Part shown: positions 11,352-22,405 of the stretch, one piece after another
Numbering within the stretch: position 1 is the first letter of the stretch
How the letters are laid out: every line of letters starts with the position of its first letter
IMG/VR virus record: IMGVR_UViG_3300042520_003271
Coordinates: 22,913-86,912 of that record
DNA from: a virus
DNA length: 64,000 bases
Reading direction: 5' to 3' (one strand)
Notes under the pieces: generated by a model
What the model was told of the DNA's origin: nothing
Databases searched by the model: none
The model's input: only the letters and a program-made list of their open reading frames with translations
Position numbers and translations under genes: made by a program

Positions 11352-11390
11352 AAGAAGACGGGGAGATTTTATCAATCTCCCCGTCTTCTT
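11352..11390. terminator. Intrinsic terminator hairpin, probably bidirectional
   Basis: Perfect 17-bp inverted repeat AAGAAGACGGGGAGATT / AATCTCCCCGTCTTCTT with a 5-nt loop, just downstream of ORF 11420-11824. Confidence 0.85.
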
Positions 11391-11419
11391 TTAATTCTCG
11401 ATAATCCGATTAAGGATTA

Positions 11420-11824
11420 TTAAGTGGTTATGTCAGATGCAAGACCTCGTGCATCACCAAACAGATCGCCAGTTAGGCCAGCTGCGGTGTTGGACAAGAA
11501 TTTATCAGAGCCGATCTGGAATGCGAAATTGATATCAGCAAGGTTAGTCTGAGCTTCAGCGAAGCTAGTCTGACCGAAGGTGCCGATAACAATTGGGAAT
11601 CCACGGCCAGCATTAAAACGTGCTTCGCCCATATATGAACTAAAATCTTTGACATTGGTATCTCTGTTAAGAACGCCCACGAGAATTTCTTCTCCTGGGA
11701 TGGTCATTACAAGAGGACGAAGCCTTTTGCAAATAGCAGCCAGAGACTCATGTCTGAGATCCCGCCTATAGGACCTCAGGTTCATAAACACCGAAATCGA
11801 AGAATTGGCAGGTTGTGCAGACAT
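11420..11824 (-). CDS. Hypothetical protein, possibly an abundant structural protein
   Basis: Start moved to ATG 11824 (MSAQPANS) because GAAAGGAG lies just upstream; followed by a terminator. Confidence 0.65.
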   Translation of the reverse strand: MSAQPANSSISVFMNLRSYRRDLRHESLAAICKRLRPLVMTIPGEEILVGVLNRDTNVKDFSSYMGEARFNAGRGFPIVIGTFGQTSFAEAQTNLADINFAFQIGSDKFLSNTAAGLTGDLFGDARGLASDITT

Positions 11825-11919
11825 TTTCTGTCTCCTTTCAATATAAGTAGCCAAAATTCTATTATATATTTGAAGAAAAATTAATAGCCTGCACAATCCA
11901 CAAATGATTAATTAATCAA

Positions 11920-12183
11920 TTACTTTTTGTCTGACTTAGGAGCAGCAGCAGGAGCGGCTTTCTCGTTTGCCTTGTCGCAGGCTGTGCAAGCAGAGGCTTT
12001 TGGAGCCGCAGCACAAGAAGAAGTGCGAGTCTTGCCACAGGAAAGGCCTCCGCGGGTGCGTCCTTCGAACACTTTAGCGCGGCTACTGCCACAAGAACCG
12101 CTTAAACGCTGACCACAACCGGCCTCAGCTTCAAACACGCCAATGGTTCCAAGAAATACGCAGGCCAAAACAAAAGTCTTCAT
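11920..12183 (-). CDS. Small secreted Cys/Gly/Ala-rich protein
   Basis: Signal peptide MKTFVLACVFLGTIGVFEAEA, six further Cys, Ala/Pro/Lys tail; AAGGAG RBS. Confidence 0.7.
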   Translation of the reverse strand: MKTFVLACVFLGTIGVFEAEAGCGQRLSGSCGSSRAKVFEGRTRGGLSCGKTRTSSCAAAPKASACTACDKANEKAAPAAAPKSDKK

Positions 12184-12297
12184 GATATCTCCTTCTTAAA
12201 CCGGTAAATGATAGGGCTCCAAACTAATGGATTTTTAACAACCTATCAATTATTTACCTTGGTAAAAAATCTTGACATCATTACAATACTTTCATAG

Positions 12298-13284
<987 letters not shown>

Positions 13285-13285
13285 T

Positions 13286-13855
13286 ATGAAATTGACTAAT
13301 ATATATGAGGCAGCAGGTAGTATCGCCAGCGGCGGCACGCCGGTTCTAAACATAAGTAAAATTTTTGGTCAACTTATAGAGCTGCTTTTTAATGATGATC
13401 GTTATAAAGATTCAGAATCAGCCAAATTATTGAGATCGTATTTTAAGCAGCCTAGCGCTGATACTTGGTCCACAATAAGTAATGATTTCATTTCGGGAAC
13501 TATAAAGATATTAGATTCGGACAAGGAAAACGCAAATAAGTATAAAGATTTAAAAAAATCAATGGCCGAATTAAAAACTTATGCGCCAAGTATTATAACA
13601 TCTTCTCTTTATGCTATTGAACCTAAATATCTATTGAAGACTGATTTAAAATCTTTGGCGCAGAGCACCCAAGATACAGCTAAAACGATGTTAGCATTGC
13701 AGCCTAACGGTTGGGTGGCAATGCTCTCTAACACCGATGGTGTCTCGAAAAGCGAACTAAAAGAAGTTAGAAAAAAGATAAGCGACGAAGGCAAGAAGAT
13801 AGCCAAAGATATAACTAAGAATTTTCCAGGTTCTATATTAAAGAAGAAATTCTAA
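13286..13855 (+). CDS. Hypothetical protein, possible internal head protein
   Basis: 189 aa, Lys-rich and helical; MKLTNIYEA N-terminus. Confidence 0.55.
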   Translation: MKLTNIYEAAGSIASGGTPVLNISKIFGQLIELLFNDDRYKDSESAKLLRSYFKQPSADTWSTISNDFISGTIKILDSDKENANKYKDLKKSMAELKTYAPSIITSSLYAIEPKYLLKTDLKSLAQSTQDTAKTMLALQPNGWVAMLSNTDGVSKSELKEVRKKISDEGKKIAKDITKNFPGSILKKKF

Positions 13856-13857
13856 TA

Positions 13858-14163
13858 ATGCCGACTACTGATATTACAAAAAAATTTCGCATATCTAGTC
13901 AATTATCTAGCGTTGCAGCTAGAGCAGTTGGTATAGACAGCATAGTCACCGATATAAATTTTAAGAGTAAAGCAAGTGATTTAAATCTCAGATTAAGACC
14001 TATCACACTTGATATTAGTGAAAAGACTATAACTGTCACCATGCAGGCCGCCTACAACGATGGCATTTATAACTTTAGTATAGTCCCATCTGAATGGTTT
14101 GAGTATATTGAAGCGACTTTTGCTCTCATGCTCGAAAAATATTTAAATAAAGATCTTTCTTGA
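13858..14163 (+). CDS. Hypothetical protein
   Basis: 101-aa ORF coupled to the upstream gene. Confidence 0.5.
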   Translation: MPTTDITKKFRISSQLSSVAARAVGIDSIVTDINFKSKASDLNLRLRPITLDISEKTITVTMQAAYNDGIYNFSIVPSEWFEYIEATFALMLEKYLNKDLS

Positions 14164-14955
14164 TGTTTTATAATATTTATAACCTGCCGTGCCATATAGA
14201 GAAAAAGCGCCGGGTTTTAGAGGGCTAGATCCAGCGTAATGCTGAAAAGCCGTTACATTTTTTACATTAGATAATTCCGATAAATAGAGCCCAACTAAGC
14301 GTTCAAATAAATGTGGTGTCCAGAGTCCCATCTCTGATGCTAATAGTCTGTCAAGCATGTTACGCATTCTCATCCCAAGCTTATTAAAGATCTCTCTCGT
14401 GGTTATAAACATATGCGAGTAGATCATCGGAGGGTTTTTAGACATTGCAAACTCATAAATCGGGCGATCAAGTCTTTTTATAGCATCCCATATAGATCTT
14501 TCTAAATCGAATTTATTATGCACCATTGGGTCTATTGATGGTCTTAGCACATATTCATCTTTTAAATCCCATTCGCCACGTTGGAGGATTTTATATTCTA
14601 CTGGAAATGAAACGCCAAGAGTAACATTATTGGGTGATAAAGAATTGATTATCTTAGCCCATAATTCATCTTTTGGGAAATATGGCTCGATATCCGTATG
14701 TAAGAATCCGATATATTCGCTATCGCTCATGTTCTCGATATGTTCCCATATAGTCAGTATTATCGAACTCTCAAAAATCGATGAATTTAATGAAGCATAA
14801 GTAGGATAAAAATCAGAGACTTCAGATAGATCATACTTTGGTGGTTTTGTCATCCCGCAGGCGATTCTCTTGGCATTAATTGATTTATGATCGAATATGC
14901 TGTCATCAAGACAATCATGGCCGGCGGTGTGACAATTTATAAACAGATCAATCAT
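14143..14955 (-). CDS. Putative glycosyltransferase (DUF4422-like)
   Basis: IFESSIILTIWEH, EYIGFLHTD, HMFITTREIF and HLFERL resemble the DUF4422/WbdD-adjacent GT-A pattern; lies in the GT cluster. Confidence 0.55.
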   Translation of the reverse strand: MIDLFINCHTAGHDCLDDSIFDHKSINAKRIACGMTKPPKYDLSEVSDFYPTYASLNSSIFESSIILTIWEHIENMSDSEYIGFLHTDIEPYFPKDELWAKIINSLSPNNVTLGVSFPVEYKILQRGEWDLKDEYVLRPSIDPMVHNKFDLERSIWDAIKRLDRPIYEFAMSKNPPMIYSHMFITTREIFNKLGMRMRNMLDRLLASEMGLWTPHLFERLVGLYLSELSNVKNVTAFQHYAGSSPLKPGAFSLYGTAGYKYYKTSRKIFI

Positions 14956-15779
14956 TCTTTTATTTCTCTAAATTCAGTATGGGTAGTCGATGCTTTAAAA
15001 CTATCGTTATCAGATTCGAATGGAATGTAAGAAGCGATTTCTCTACCATTCTTAGAAGTGGTCCAATGAAAATGCGTTCCGTAGCATTCTGGAAAAGCAG
15101 CTGACCACCTATCAAGTAATTTTCTAAACAAGGACCAGTAATTATCCTTGGTCTTAAGGCTGCTCGAGTAAGCTCCGTGGTGTATGCTTGGAAGATAAGC
15201 AGCATAGACTTTATAGCCGGCCGATCTCATAGAAAAAGCAAAATCACATCCATAAAAATGAAAACCATTTAATATTTCATTAAAAAAGATTTTGTGGCGC
15301 TTATTTATTAGAAACAGGCACTCATCTACAGTGTGCGCTTCTATTAAATCTCTATAACCATCCCAGCATTTTATAAGCTTTGTGTCGAAATCTTCACTTA
15401 GATCTCCAGGATGACCGTTATACACTACGCCAATGAATTTTGGTTTTTTAGTAACCTTATCCAATTCTAGTGAACGTCCTGCACTACCAATTATACCCCA
15501 ATCTTCGCCAGCTTTTTTCACAGATTTTTCTACTTCATCAAAGAATCCCGGTAAAAAAGAGACGTCTTGATGACAGCAAATTACTAAATCTGATTTTGCA
15601 ATAGTTAAACCATAATTTATCGCTTGAGGTGCTGTATATATCGACATTCTATTATCTATTGGTATTAATTCATAAAGGTCCTTATTAATCTTGCTGTTAT
15701 AAAAAGAATTTACAACACAGTCATTGTAAACATCATAATTGGACACACATGTCAATATGCTATAAATAGGCTTAATCAC
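14952..15779 (-). CDS. Glycosyltransferase, GT2-like
   Basis: AINYGL..AKSDLVICCHQDV, WGIIGSAG, VDECLF, GFHFYGCD; start moved to GTG 15779 after an AGGAG RBS. Confidence 0.85.
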   Translation of the reverse strand: MIKPIYSILTCVSNYDVYNDCVVNSFYNSKINKDLYELIPIDNRMSIYTAPQAINYGLTIAKSDLVICCHQDVSFLPGFFDEVEKSVKKAGEDWGIIGSAGRSLELDKVTKKPKFIGVVYNGHPGDLSEDFDTKLIKCWDGYRDLIEAHTVDECLFLINKRHKIFFNEILNGFHFYGCDFAFSMRSAGYKVYAAYLPSIHHGAYSSSLKTKDNYWSLFRKLLDRWSAAFPECYGTHFHWTTSKNGREIASYIPFESDNDSFKASTTHTEFREIKE

Positions 15780-15852
15780 GGTTACTCCTGTTCCTATTGT
15801 CAATGTTACTTACCATCGACTTGGGGACAATTATTAGTAACTCCAGTTTTAA

Positions 15853-16497
15853 TCAAAAAAGGATGTTCTGATCTATTTTAGTATTTTTATAATGTCTGTT
15901 TATAAATTCACCATCGGCCTTTAAAACACGCTCGTATGTCTCTTGGTTGTATTTTGCTATAGCATGCGCCGGTTTGTCATCATTTAAAGAAATGTTTAAT
16001 CTTGGTGATAACGGCAGATCAGTTTCAGAAATGATAGCTCCGCATTGAATCAGTGCTGATATCAAATCGTTGTGTAGATTCTCTTGCTTTCCGATGATTG
16101 TCTTTAATCCGTTTGGAATATTATTAATAAATTTATTCATCTTTCTTGAAGCCCAGCCTAATTCACCACCAGAATAATCTATACAATTGTTTACAAAAAT
16201 GTTAAAATCATTAGATGCGCAAGAGAAATCTAAATCGTTTCCTCGCCACCCATGCACAGATGATAATCGATATGCCCAACGCGATTGATACCAGGTTAGA
16301 GGATGCCTAATAAAGCAGATAACGGTTATTTCTAATAGATCTTCTAATGATAATATATTCAATAATTCTGGAAAACTATCATGGTGTTGGGCCTTTTCTA
16401 TCCCTTTAATAGAAAGCAGATCAAGAACTCTTCTTATATATGTGCCACCAGTTTTTGGTATGTGCATGAATAAAAATTTATCGGTTAATAGCGCCAT
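15853..16497 (-). CDS. Sulfotransferase family protein
   Basis: 5'-PSB motif FMHIPKTGGT and 3'-PB motif FIRHPLTWYQS. Confidence 0.85.
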   Translation of the reverse strand: MALLTDKFLFMHIPKTGGTYIRRVLDLLSIKGIEKAQHHDSFPELLNILSLEDLLEITVICFIRHPLTWYQSRWAYRLSSVHGWRGNDLDFSCASNDFNIFVNNCIDYSGGELGWASRKMNKFINNIPNGLKTIIGKQENLHNDLISALIQCGAIISETDLPLSPRLNISLNDDKPAHAIAKYNQETYERVLKADGEFINRHYKNTKIDQNILF

Positions 16498-16498
16498 G

Positions 16499-17452
16499 TT
16501 ATAATATTAAACCATTTGCATCATTTGGAAAACCAAGGCCATGTAATAGTCTATATAGTCTGTGATGATAAGTATGGGTTTTAGCGACGTAATCTCTTAA
16601 TCTTGCGCTTTTTTCTTTAAGCTCTTTTTCTGAGGCCGGAGCAAGATAATGTGCATGCAAAGCAAGAAAATCATTAGGATCTTTTGCGACCGGAAGACCT
16701 GGAATTACTCTTGATAATACCGGAACTGTGTCATGAATCGGCAGGCAGCCAGCCAAGCAGGCTTTAAAAACTCGCTCTGGAATATCAATATTGTGCGTAT
16801 GAGTATGAATTTCAGATATACATGGCGCCACCTTTCCGGTGTTATAAAATTCATTCGCTTCATGCTGTGGCAATTCTCCTGACGATACCCCTTCTGGCCA
16901 CTCCCCCCAGCCAAATAATTTCCATTTTCCCCTAAATGAATTTAAAACAGGCATAAGATATAAATCGATAGTTTTAGCTTTGTATGTCCATCTTCCGCCG
17001 AGGTAGATGATTTGATTTTTTCTGTCTTGGCCTAGATCTGAAAAGATCGTAGCATCGGCAGCGGTTGGCATTGGTATCCAACGCGTGTTTGCCCTTTGAT
17101 GCCAATAACTCCATAGTATAGAGTCTTCATCAAAACCGTAACCAAAAACTACTTCTGGTTTTTGCTTTTTAACCCAATCTACGCTATCTTGGCTTTCATT
17201 AATTCCGCCTGGTATAGAAACAGGGCCATATGGGTTAACATGTATGGCTACTTTCGCCCTTCGCCCTTCGATCGGAATGACTTCCCTGTGGCCCGAGCAT
17301 CCGATATAAATATCTGGATCAAATTCATCCCAGGTCCTCATTTCTCCATCAAATCGCTTTACTTCATGTCCTTTAGATCGTAAAGCATTAACCATTCCGT
17401 CTGTAATATAGCCAAATGCCCCACTAACTCGGCGCACCATTAAAATTCTCAT
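16499..17452 (-). CDS. Glycosyltransferase, GT-B fold (CgeB-like)
   Basis: MRIL start, ALRSKGHEV, P.AADATIF, IIYLGG, ERVFKACLAG, HTYHHRL. Confidence 0.8.
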   Translation of the reverse strand: MRILMVRRVSGAFGYITDGMVNALRSKGHEVKRFDGEMRTWDEFDPDIYIGCSGHREVIPIEGRRAKVAIHVNPYGPVSIPGGINESQDSVDWVKKQKPEVVFGYGFDEDSILWSYWHQRANTRWIPMPTAADATIFSDLGQDRKNQIIYLGGRWTYKAKTIDLYLMPVLNSFRGKWKLFGWGEWPEGVSSGELPQHEANEFYNTGKVAPCISEIHTHTHNIDIPERVFKACLAGCLPIHDTVPVLSRVIPGLPVAKDPNDFLALHAHYLAPASEKELKEKSARLRDYVAKTHTYHHRLYRLLHGLGFPNDANGLIL

Positions 17453-19410
17453 ATCGTTTTATATCCTTTCCGTATTAATAAATTCTTCGCGTCTGCGATT
17501 CTTGCAATGTCGGACATCGCTTTAAGAGTAGTTTCCAATTTTACGTTTTGGTCGTGAAATTTACGCCATTTGTCGCTTCTGGGATGATTCAAATGATATA
17601 GCGATACGCGACGATCATTTATGAAATTCCCGCCAGCAATCAATCTAGAATAGAAGTCGCAATCTTCGCAGCCATAGCCAGTATATGCTTCATAAAAACC
17701 GCCGATCTTACTGTAGTACTCTTTTGTACATGCTAACGATCCGCCTTCAAAATACGACACGTAACGGTCAAAATTTTGCGGCCTAAATACGCGCTTTTCG
17801 CGATTTATAATATTAGTATCATTTTCATCATAATAGCTAACATCTTTTCCCAGATGACAACTACTATTGAACAATAAGGTCTTATAAACTTCTGACGCAT
17901 AATAGTTTGGCACTAACATATCGGCGTCGTGTAAAATGAGAAAATCATCTTTTGCAATATCGACACCGCCATTAAAGGCTTTCGATTTATTAAATGGTTC
18001 TTCAGGTTCTGCATTTATTAGAAGATATTTCGACGGCAAGATCGATACTGCACTTATGGTAGATTTATGATCATGTTCTGATAATATAATGTTTATTGTG
18101 GGAAATAGTTGACCTTTAATGCTATCTATTACAGTAATAACTGATGCTGATCTATCTTGCGATCTATAAGGTATTACCACACTAATTGAATCTGTCTTCG
18201 AATCCTTTGAATGATTATATTTCTTAACTTCTCGATTCTTAAATATATTTCTAGCGAATTGTAACTTTTCACTTCTATCAGAAACTGAAGATTTTTCATT
18301 ATGTAATCTGAAATAGCGACTTGATCCAAATACATCAAAAAAACCACTAGTGCTATGTAGGCCAAAATCATTGAATTTCATCGACCAATCAACGTGTTCC
18401 ATCCCATATTGGCCATAGGCCTCATTAAAAAAGCCAATCTTTTCTACGGCCGATGTCTCATAAGCGAGAACAGCGCCCTGTGGCTGGTTATCGCTTTTTA
18501 ATAAATTGATACCTTTTATATTATATGGTTCGCCTATTGTGGCGCCATAGATGTTTTTTTCTCTATAGATAAAATGCTTAAAATCCGAGGCTACTATAGC
18601 ATCAGGGTAAAAATATTCCCATCCTGAGCTAGTTATTTCGACATCATCGTTTAGAATAATCCCGTATTTAAATCGTTGAAGACATTGTATAAGCCGATTA
18701 CTATTACCAGCTATGCCAAGATTTTTATCATTAAAAATAATGCAGAATCGATTAGACTCTGCAAGTTTATTTAAATATTTCTGTGTTTCTGGCTCTGTAC
18801 TACAATCATCGCTTATAAAAATGGTGGTCTTAGATAAATTCGTGTGCTTTATGATAGAATCGACTAATCGTTTCAGACTATGTTGTCTATTATATGAAAG
18901 TATCCCAACCCCGATATCATTGCTAATATTAATGATTCCTGATAAATTATCTGATTGCTCATAAATATGTGCATCTTTAGGGTTTGGTATAGACTTCCCT
19001 TTGAATTTGTTTTGGCTATCCTTTTGATTTGGCGATGTTGGTACCTTCTTTTGCCTGACGAAATTGGGCCTTTGGCTTCGGATTTGTGGTCTTTGGATTT
19101 CGGCTCTTTGTAAGTTTTGACGATTATTCTGGGTAGCTGGTATTGCTGGTTGGGTTTCTTGGCTTATCTTATTCGACTCTGTTTTATTTCTGCGTTCTAA
19201 TAAACTATTCGATTGTCTATTCTTAGTGTGATTAGTCGTATTACGCGTTCCTGTCGTTGGTGCTCTAGCGTGTACTAAATGCCCAGACGTAACATATTTG
19301 TCAAAGAAGTCTGGCAATAGAATCTTTTGGTTAGGCCGTACCAACACGACTTTACCTTGAGCGTCAAGTAATCTTTGGATATCCTTTTGATTATTAATAT
19401 ATAATTTCAT
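17449..19410 (-). CDS. Two-domain glycosyltransferase (GT2 plus GT2/GT7C)
   Basis: ILSYNR..ISDDCS..NLGIAG..ILNDD; second domain SVVIPYR, FNKSKAFN, HDAD, GGFYEAYTGYGCED; Gln/Arg-rich N-terminal region. Confidence 0.9.
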   Translation of the reverse strand: MKLYINNQKDIQRLLDAQGKVVLVRPNQKILLPDFFDKYVTSGHLVHARAPTTGTRNTTNHTKNRQSNSLLERRNKTESNKISQETQPAIPATQNNRQNLQRAEIQRPQIRSQRPNFVRQKKVPTSPNQKDSQNKFKGKSIPNPKDAHIYEQSDNLSGIINISNDIGVGILSYNRQHSLKRLVDSIIKHTNLSKTTIFISDDCSTEPETQKYLNKLAESNRFCIIFNDKNLGIAGNSNRLIQCLQRFKYGIILNDDVEITSSGWEYFYPDAIVASDFKHFIYREKNIYGATIGEPYNIKGINLLKSDNQPQGAVLAYETSAVEKIGFFNEAYGQYGMEHVDWSMKFNDFGLHSTSGFFDVFGSSRYFRLHNEKSSVSDRSEKLQFARNIFKNREVKKYNHSKDSKTDSISVVIPYRSQDRSASVITVIDSIKGQLFPTINIILSEHDHKSTISAVSILPSKYLLINAEPEEPFNKSKAFNGGVDIAKDDFLILHDADMLVPNYYASEVYKTLLFNSSCHLGKDVSYYDENDTNIINREKRVFRPQNFDRYVSYFEGGSLACTKEYYSKIGGFYEAYTGYGCEDCDFYSRLIAGGNFINDRRVSLYHLNHPRSDKWRKFHDQNVKLETTLKAMSDIARIADAKNLLIRKGYKTI

Positions 19411-20084
19411 CTGCTTATTTTCACATATAAAGGTGTATAAAGACCCTTTTCTAGATTGTGATATTGTCTAAATCTAGATGGTTTTAATATTATATCCCCT
19501 TCATAAATACCATTACCAGTGCTAATGGCATTTAAAGCTCTTTCATCGATTGGTTCGACCTTTATAACTTCTTGCGTCTTCATTATTTTACTGAATAGAT
19601 CTCTTATCATCCCAGGCCCACACATCTTATTAATAGAAGTCTGCATATCAACCAAAATCATATCTTCATATGTGGTTCCTGAGAAGAAATATTGTGCCTG
19701 TTTTACCTTTATCATTTTCATAAAATTAATGAGGATTTGTACGTTATTAGCTAAAAATGCATCTGCCATTATCACTAACTTATTTTCTTTATCTAAAAGG
19801 TCTAGTTTATTACCAAACCAATCAGCAAAAAGGATCATGATATTGTCAGATTTTTCATCCTTTGATATTATGACCGATAGTCCTTCTAAGATATATGGTT
19901 TTATAACGTAAGACAAAGTATCTTTAATGGCTGGTAGGTAATCCTCTCCAAGCATTTCTGGATACTTTAAAACTGCTGGCGGTCTTGGCATTGTGGCTAG
20001 TGCATTTGGCTGGCTAGATATACCAGATTGACGCACTTGAGGAATAATCTCTTTGCTGGACGGCGTACTTCCCTTTCGGCGCAT
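19407..20084 (-). CDS. Hypothetical protein
   Basis: 225-aa ORF within the operon. Confidence 0.55.
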   Translation of the reverse strand: MRRKGSTPSSKEIIPQVRQSGISSQPNALATMPRPPAVLKYPEMLGEDYLPAIKDTLSYVIKPYILEGLSVIISKDEKSDNIMILFADWFGNKLDLLDKENKLVIMADAFLANNVQILINFMKMIKVKQAQYFFSGTTYEDMILVDMQTSINKMCGPGMIRDLFSKIMKTQEVIKVEPIDERALNAISTGNGIYEGDIILKPSRFRQYHNLEKGLYTPLYVKISR

Positions 20085-20364
20085 TTTTTATAGCCTCTAA
20101 TTTGATGACTTTGGTTTCTTTCTCCTGTTCGGAAGGAGATAGAGTAAAAAGAACAAAAGGCACGCTATTAAAAATTATGGATATTTCTTTGGTTTCTTTA
20201 TTGTAATTGGTTACCACACCACACCAAGTTGAAATCCAGCCAGACCAGACTAGAAAATCGCCGTAAGCTGGAACGTAATTAGTAAGATCACGATACTGTA
20301 TGAGTGGTGGTAGAACTACTTCACGCGATTTTGGTTCTGGTAAGTTTGTGGCCATAAATCTCAT
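20014..20364 (-). CDS. Hypothetical protein
   Basis: 116-aa ORF; start may be the second Met (MATNLP). Confidence 0.55.
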   Translation of the reverse strand: MRFMATNLPEPKSREVVLPPLIQYRDLTNYVPAYGDFLVWSGWISTWCGVVTNYNKETKEISIIFNSVPFVLFTLSPSEQEKETKVIKLEAIKNAPKGKYAVQQRDYSSSASIWYI

Positions 20365-20827
20365 AGTTGTATTGATAACCGTCTTCTAATTTCCAAGTTA
20401 TCAAAAGACCTTCTCTTGCTGCCCCCAACCAATGACTGATCAAATTATCTACCCAAGCTCTCATGGTGGTGCGATCTAACATTCTTGCTGGCTTTACTTC
20501 GATACCATTTACCATTGTCACGATTGGTTCTTCTTCAGAAATCTCGATAGTCTTTCTGACTATCTCCATACCTTCGATAAGATATTCGCGTCTCGTCTTT
20601 GATCTCGTTTTAGCAGTGACTTGGTAACGCTGATTAGGATTACCGTTTGGCACATCCATAAGCGTCACTATATCTATGTCTTTACTCGCTACTGATCTTG
20701 CAGGATCTAAATCTGATAGAATTATCTTAATATCATCGACAGTCCTAACCACCGTCGGTCTCATAACCTCTGGCGATAGCCGCAAATCTTCTCTGCTTTT
20801 TAACTGTTCTATTTCATCCATCTTCAT
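20321..20827 (-). CDS. Hypothetical protein
   Basis: 168-aa ORF overlapping both neighbours. Confidence 0.55.
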   Translation of the reverse strand: MKMDEIEQLKSREDLRLSPEVMRPTVVRTVDDIKIILSDLDPARSVASKDIDIVTLMDVPNGNPNQRYQVTAKTRSKTRREYLIEGMEIVRKTIEISEEEPIVTMVNGIEVKPARMLDRTTMRAWVDNLISHWLGAAREGLLITWKLEDGYQYNYEIYGHKLTRTKIA

Positions 20828-21233
20828 TGACCCTTTTGTACCCGAGATTTATTTCGAAATATTTCGCTCTTCCTCTTCTAGCATATTCAAAGAGCACATG
20901 ATAAAAATTAGCAAAGCCGTGCACCACGAATACCATAATAATATAATTCAGATAAAAGTTTTCATTTATTAAAGCTGGCGTCAACCAAGACAAAGAAATA
21001 CTTACCCATACCGACATACAGTAGCCGCATTGAAACACACTATCCAAGAACCACCACAGTCCATAGTTAGAAATGCTAGTTATGTTTTTATCTCTTAAGA
21101 TATCTCTAAATGGTTGGACCAACTTACTAGCAACTAATATCTCGGTAATTCTCTCGGCGGCAACACTAATTAGTGCTAGGCAAATTAAATCTGCTATCAC
21201 GATAAGATTTTCCTGCAGTTGTTGTTCGAACAT
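20814..21233 (-). CDS. DUF1360-like membrane protein
   Basis: Three hydrophobic segments and the signature CGYCMSVWV. Confidence 0.7.
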   Translation of the reverse strand: MFEQQLQENLIVIADLICLALISVAAERITEILVASKLVQPFRDILRDKNITSISNYGLWWFLDSVFQCGYCMSVWVSISLSWLTPALINENFYLNYIIMVFVVHGFANFYHVLFEYARRGRAKYFEINLGYKRVNEDG

Positions 21234-21463
21234 TGAATTCTTTGACGTCCAGAAATATTTACACGAATTGTATGGCTATCGCATTTTGGGCACTTAATGA
21301 TGTTAGGTGCCGCAACTGATGCCATAGGCACGATCTCTGGCCTAGAAGCGCTTTTAAGCTGTATGACTCTCTGCGGCCGATTTTGCTCGGCAGCCTGTGG
21401 TCTAACTTGTTCGGTCACTGGTTGTGACCTTTGCACTCCGCTTGATCCGCATCCACATCCCAT
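21197..21463 (-). CDS. Small Cys-rich protein with C-terminal zinc ribbon
   Basis: MGCGCG N-terminus; CPKC...CSNNNC. Confidence 0.65.
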   Translation of the reverse strand: MGCGCGSSGVQRSQPVTEQVRPQAAEQNRPQRVIQLKSASRPEIVPMASVAAPNIIKCPKCDSHTIRVNISGRQRIQCSNNNCRKILS

Positions 21464-21465
21464 AA

Positions 21466-21615
21466 TTACACCCTATGCCTATCGATTTTGGTCGGGTATT
21501 TTGGTGGTGTTTTTCTGACATCTAAACGATCAATCACTGGTTTATGTTTAGCTGCAGACACCCTCTCGATATTATTAATCGGTATTACTCTGGTTTTATG
21601 TCCGCAGCAGCCCAT
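21466..21615 (-). CDS. 49-aa basic peptide missing from the ORF track (MGCCGHKTRVIP...)
   Basis: AGGAG RBS upstream of ATG 21615, open frame to TAA 21466-21468; fills the gap between genes exactly. Confidence 0.7.
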   Translation of the reverse strand: MGCCGHKTRVIPINNIERVSAAKHKPVIDRLDVRKTPPKYPTKIDRHRV

Positions 21616-21630
21616 GAAGTTCTCCTATTT

Positions 21631-22302
21631 TTATGTTTCCACGAAAAATGAAGTGGGGTCAATGTTGGATGCAAAATCCTTCCATCTACAGAAATACAAA
21701 GATGGTAATTGTAGAGACTCAAAGACCTTATTATTTTTGGAGTGGCTAACGTTTAGGGATATTTTGGGCGCGATATGGTAATACCCATATGAAATACTCG
21801 GGAACCAAATCGGTTGATTTACTTCTAAAGATTTAGCATAATTTGCAGCTGCTAAAACACTGGGCTTTAAGATGTTATATAAGAACAATCGCTGGTCAAC
21901 AGCGACCCAATCAAAGTTGGCGTGAGGCTTAAAAAATAGCATCGGAAAAAATAATCGTTTAAATACTGTTTCTAATATAGTGCAATCATATGTTGCTTGG
22001 TGCCACCAACTTGTAAAGATCGTAGTTTCATGGCTACTTAACAATGCGTCAAGACTGAAACCATGGCCAGATTTGGCCTCAATGGAGCAATGTACCATCC
22101 CTTTCACAGGTATAACATCAGCAGTGGATTCACGTTCGACCACTGTTGCGTCTCGACCTTCGACTCTTCGCCTTCTGAACTCGACTCCTGTCCAGTCAGT
22201 TAAAAGGTGAGCTACTCGCCGTTCTAATGTCTTACCTTTTCTAACATTAGATTTACCTATTCTCGACCTGTCCGGTTTTTTCGTCGTTTCTTCTTCTGGC
22301 AT
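21631..22302 (-). CDS. Holliday junction resolvase-like PD-(D/E)XK nuclease
   Basis: RKGKTLERRVA, ADVI, SIEAK, WWHQA, PMLFFK. Confidence 0.75.
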   Translation of the reverse strand: MPEEETTKKPDRSRIGKSNVRKGKTLERRVAHLLTDWTGVEFRRRRVEGRDATVVERESTADVIPVKGMVHCSIEAKSGHGFSLDALLSSHETTIFTSWWHQATYDCTILETVFKRLFFPMLFFKPHANFDWVAVDQRLFLYNILKPSVLAAANYAKSLEVNQPIWFPSISYGYYHIAPKISLNVSHSKNNKVFESLQLPSLYFCRWKDFASNIDPTSFFVET

Positions 22303-22405
22303 TTGGCGCTAGCCTTCACGGGGATTCCGTAGTATAATAGATAATATATTCCGCCATCAGTTGTTACCAATGATACAATACGGAAGTAATTCTTAATTAC
22401 TTACA

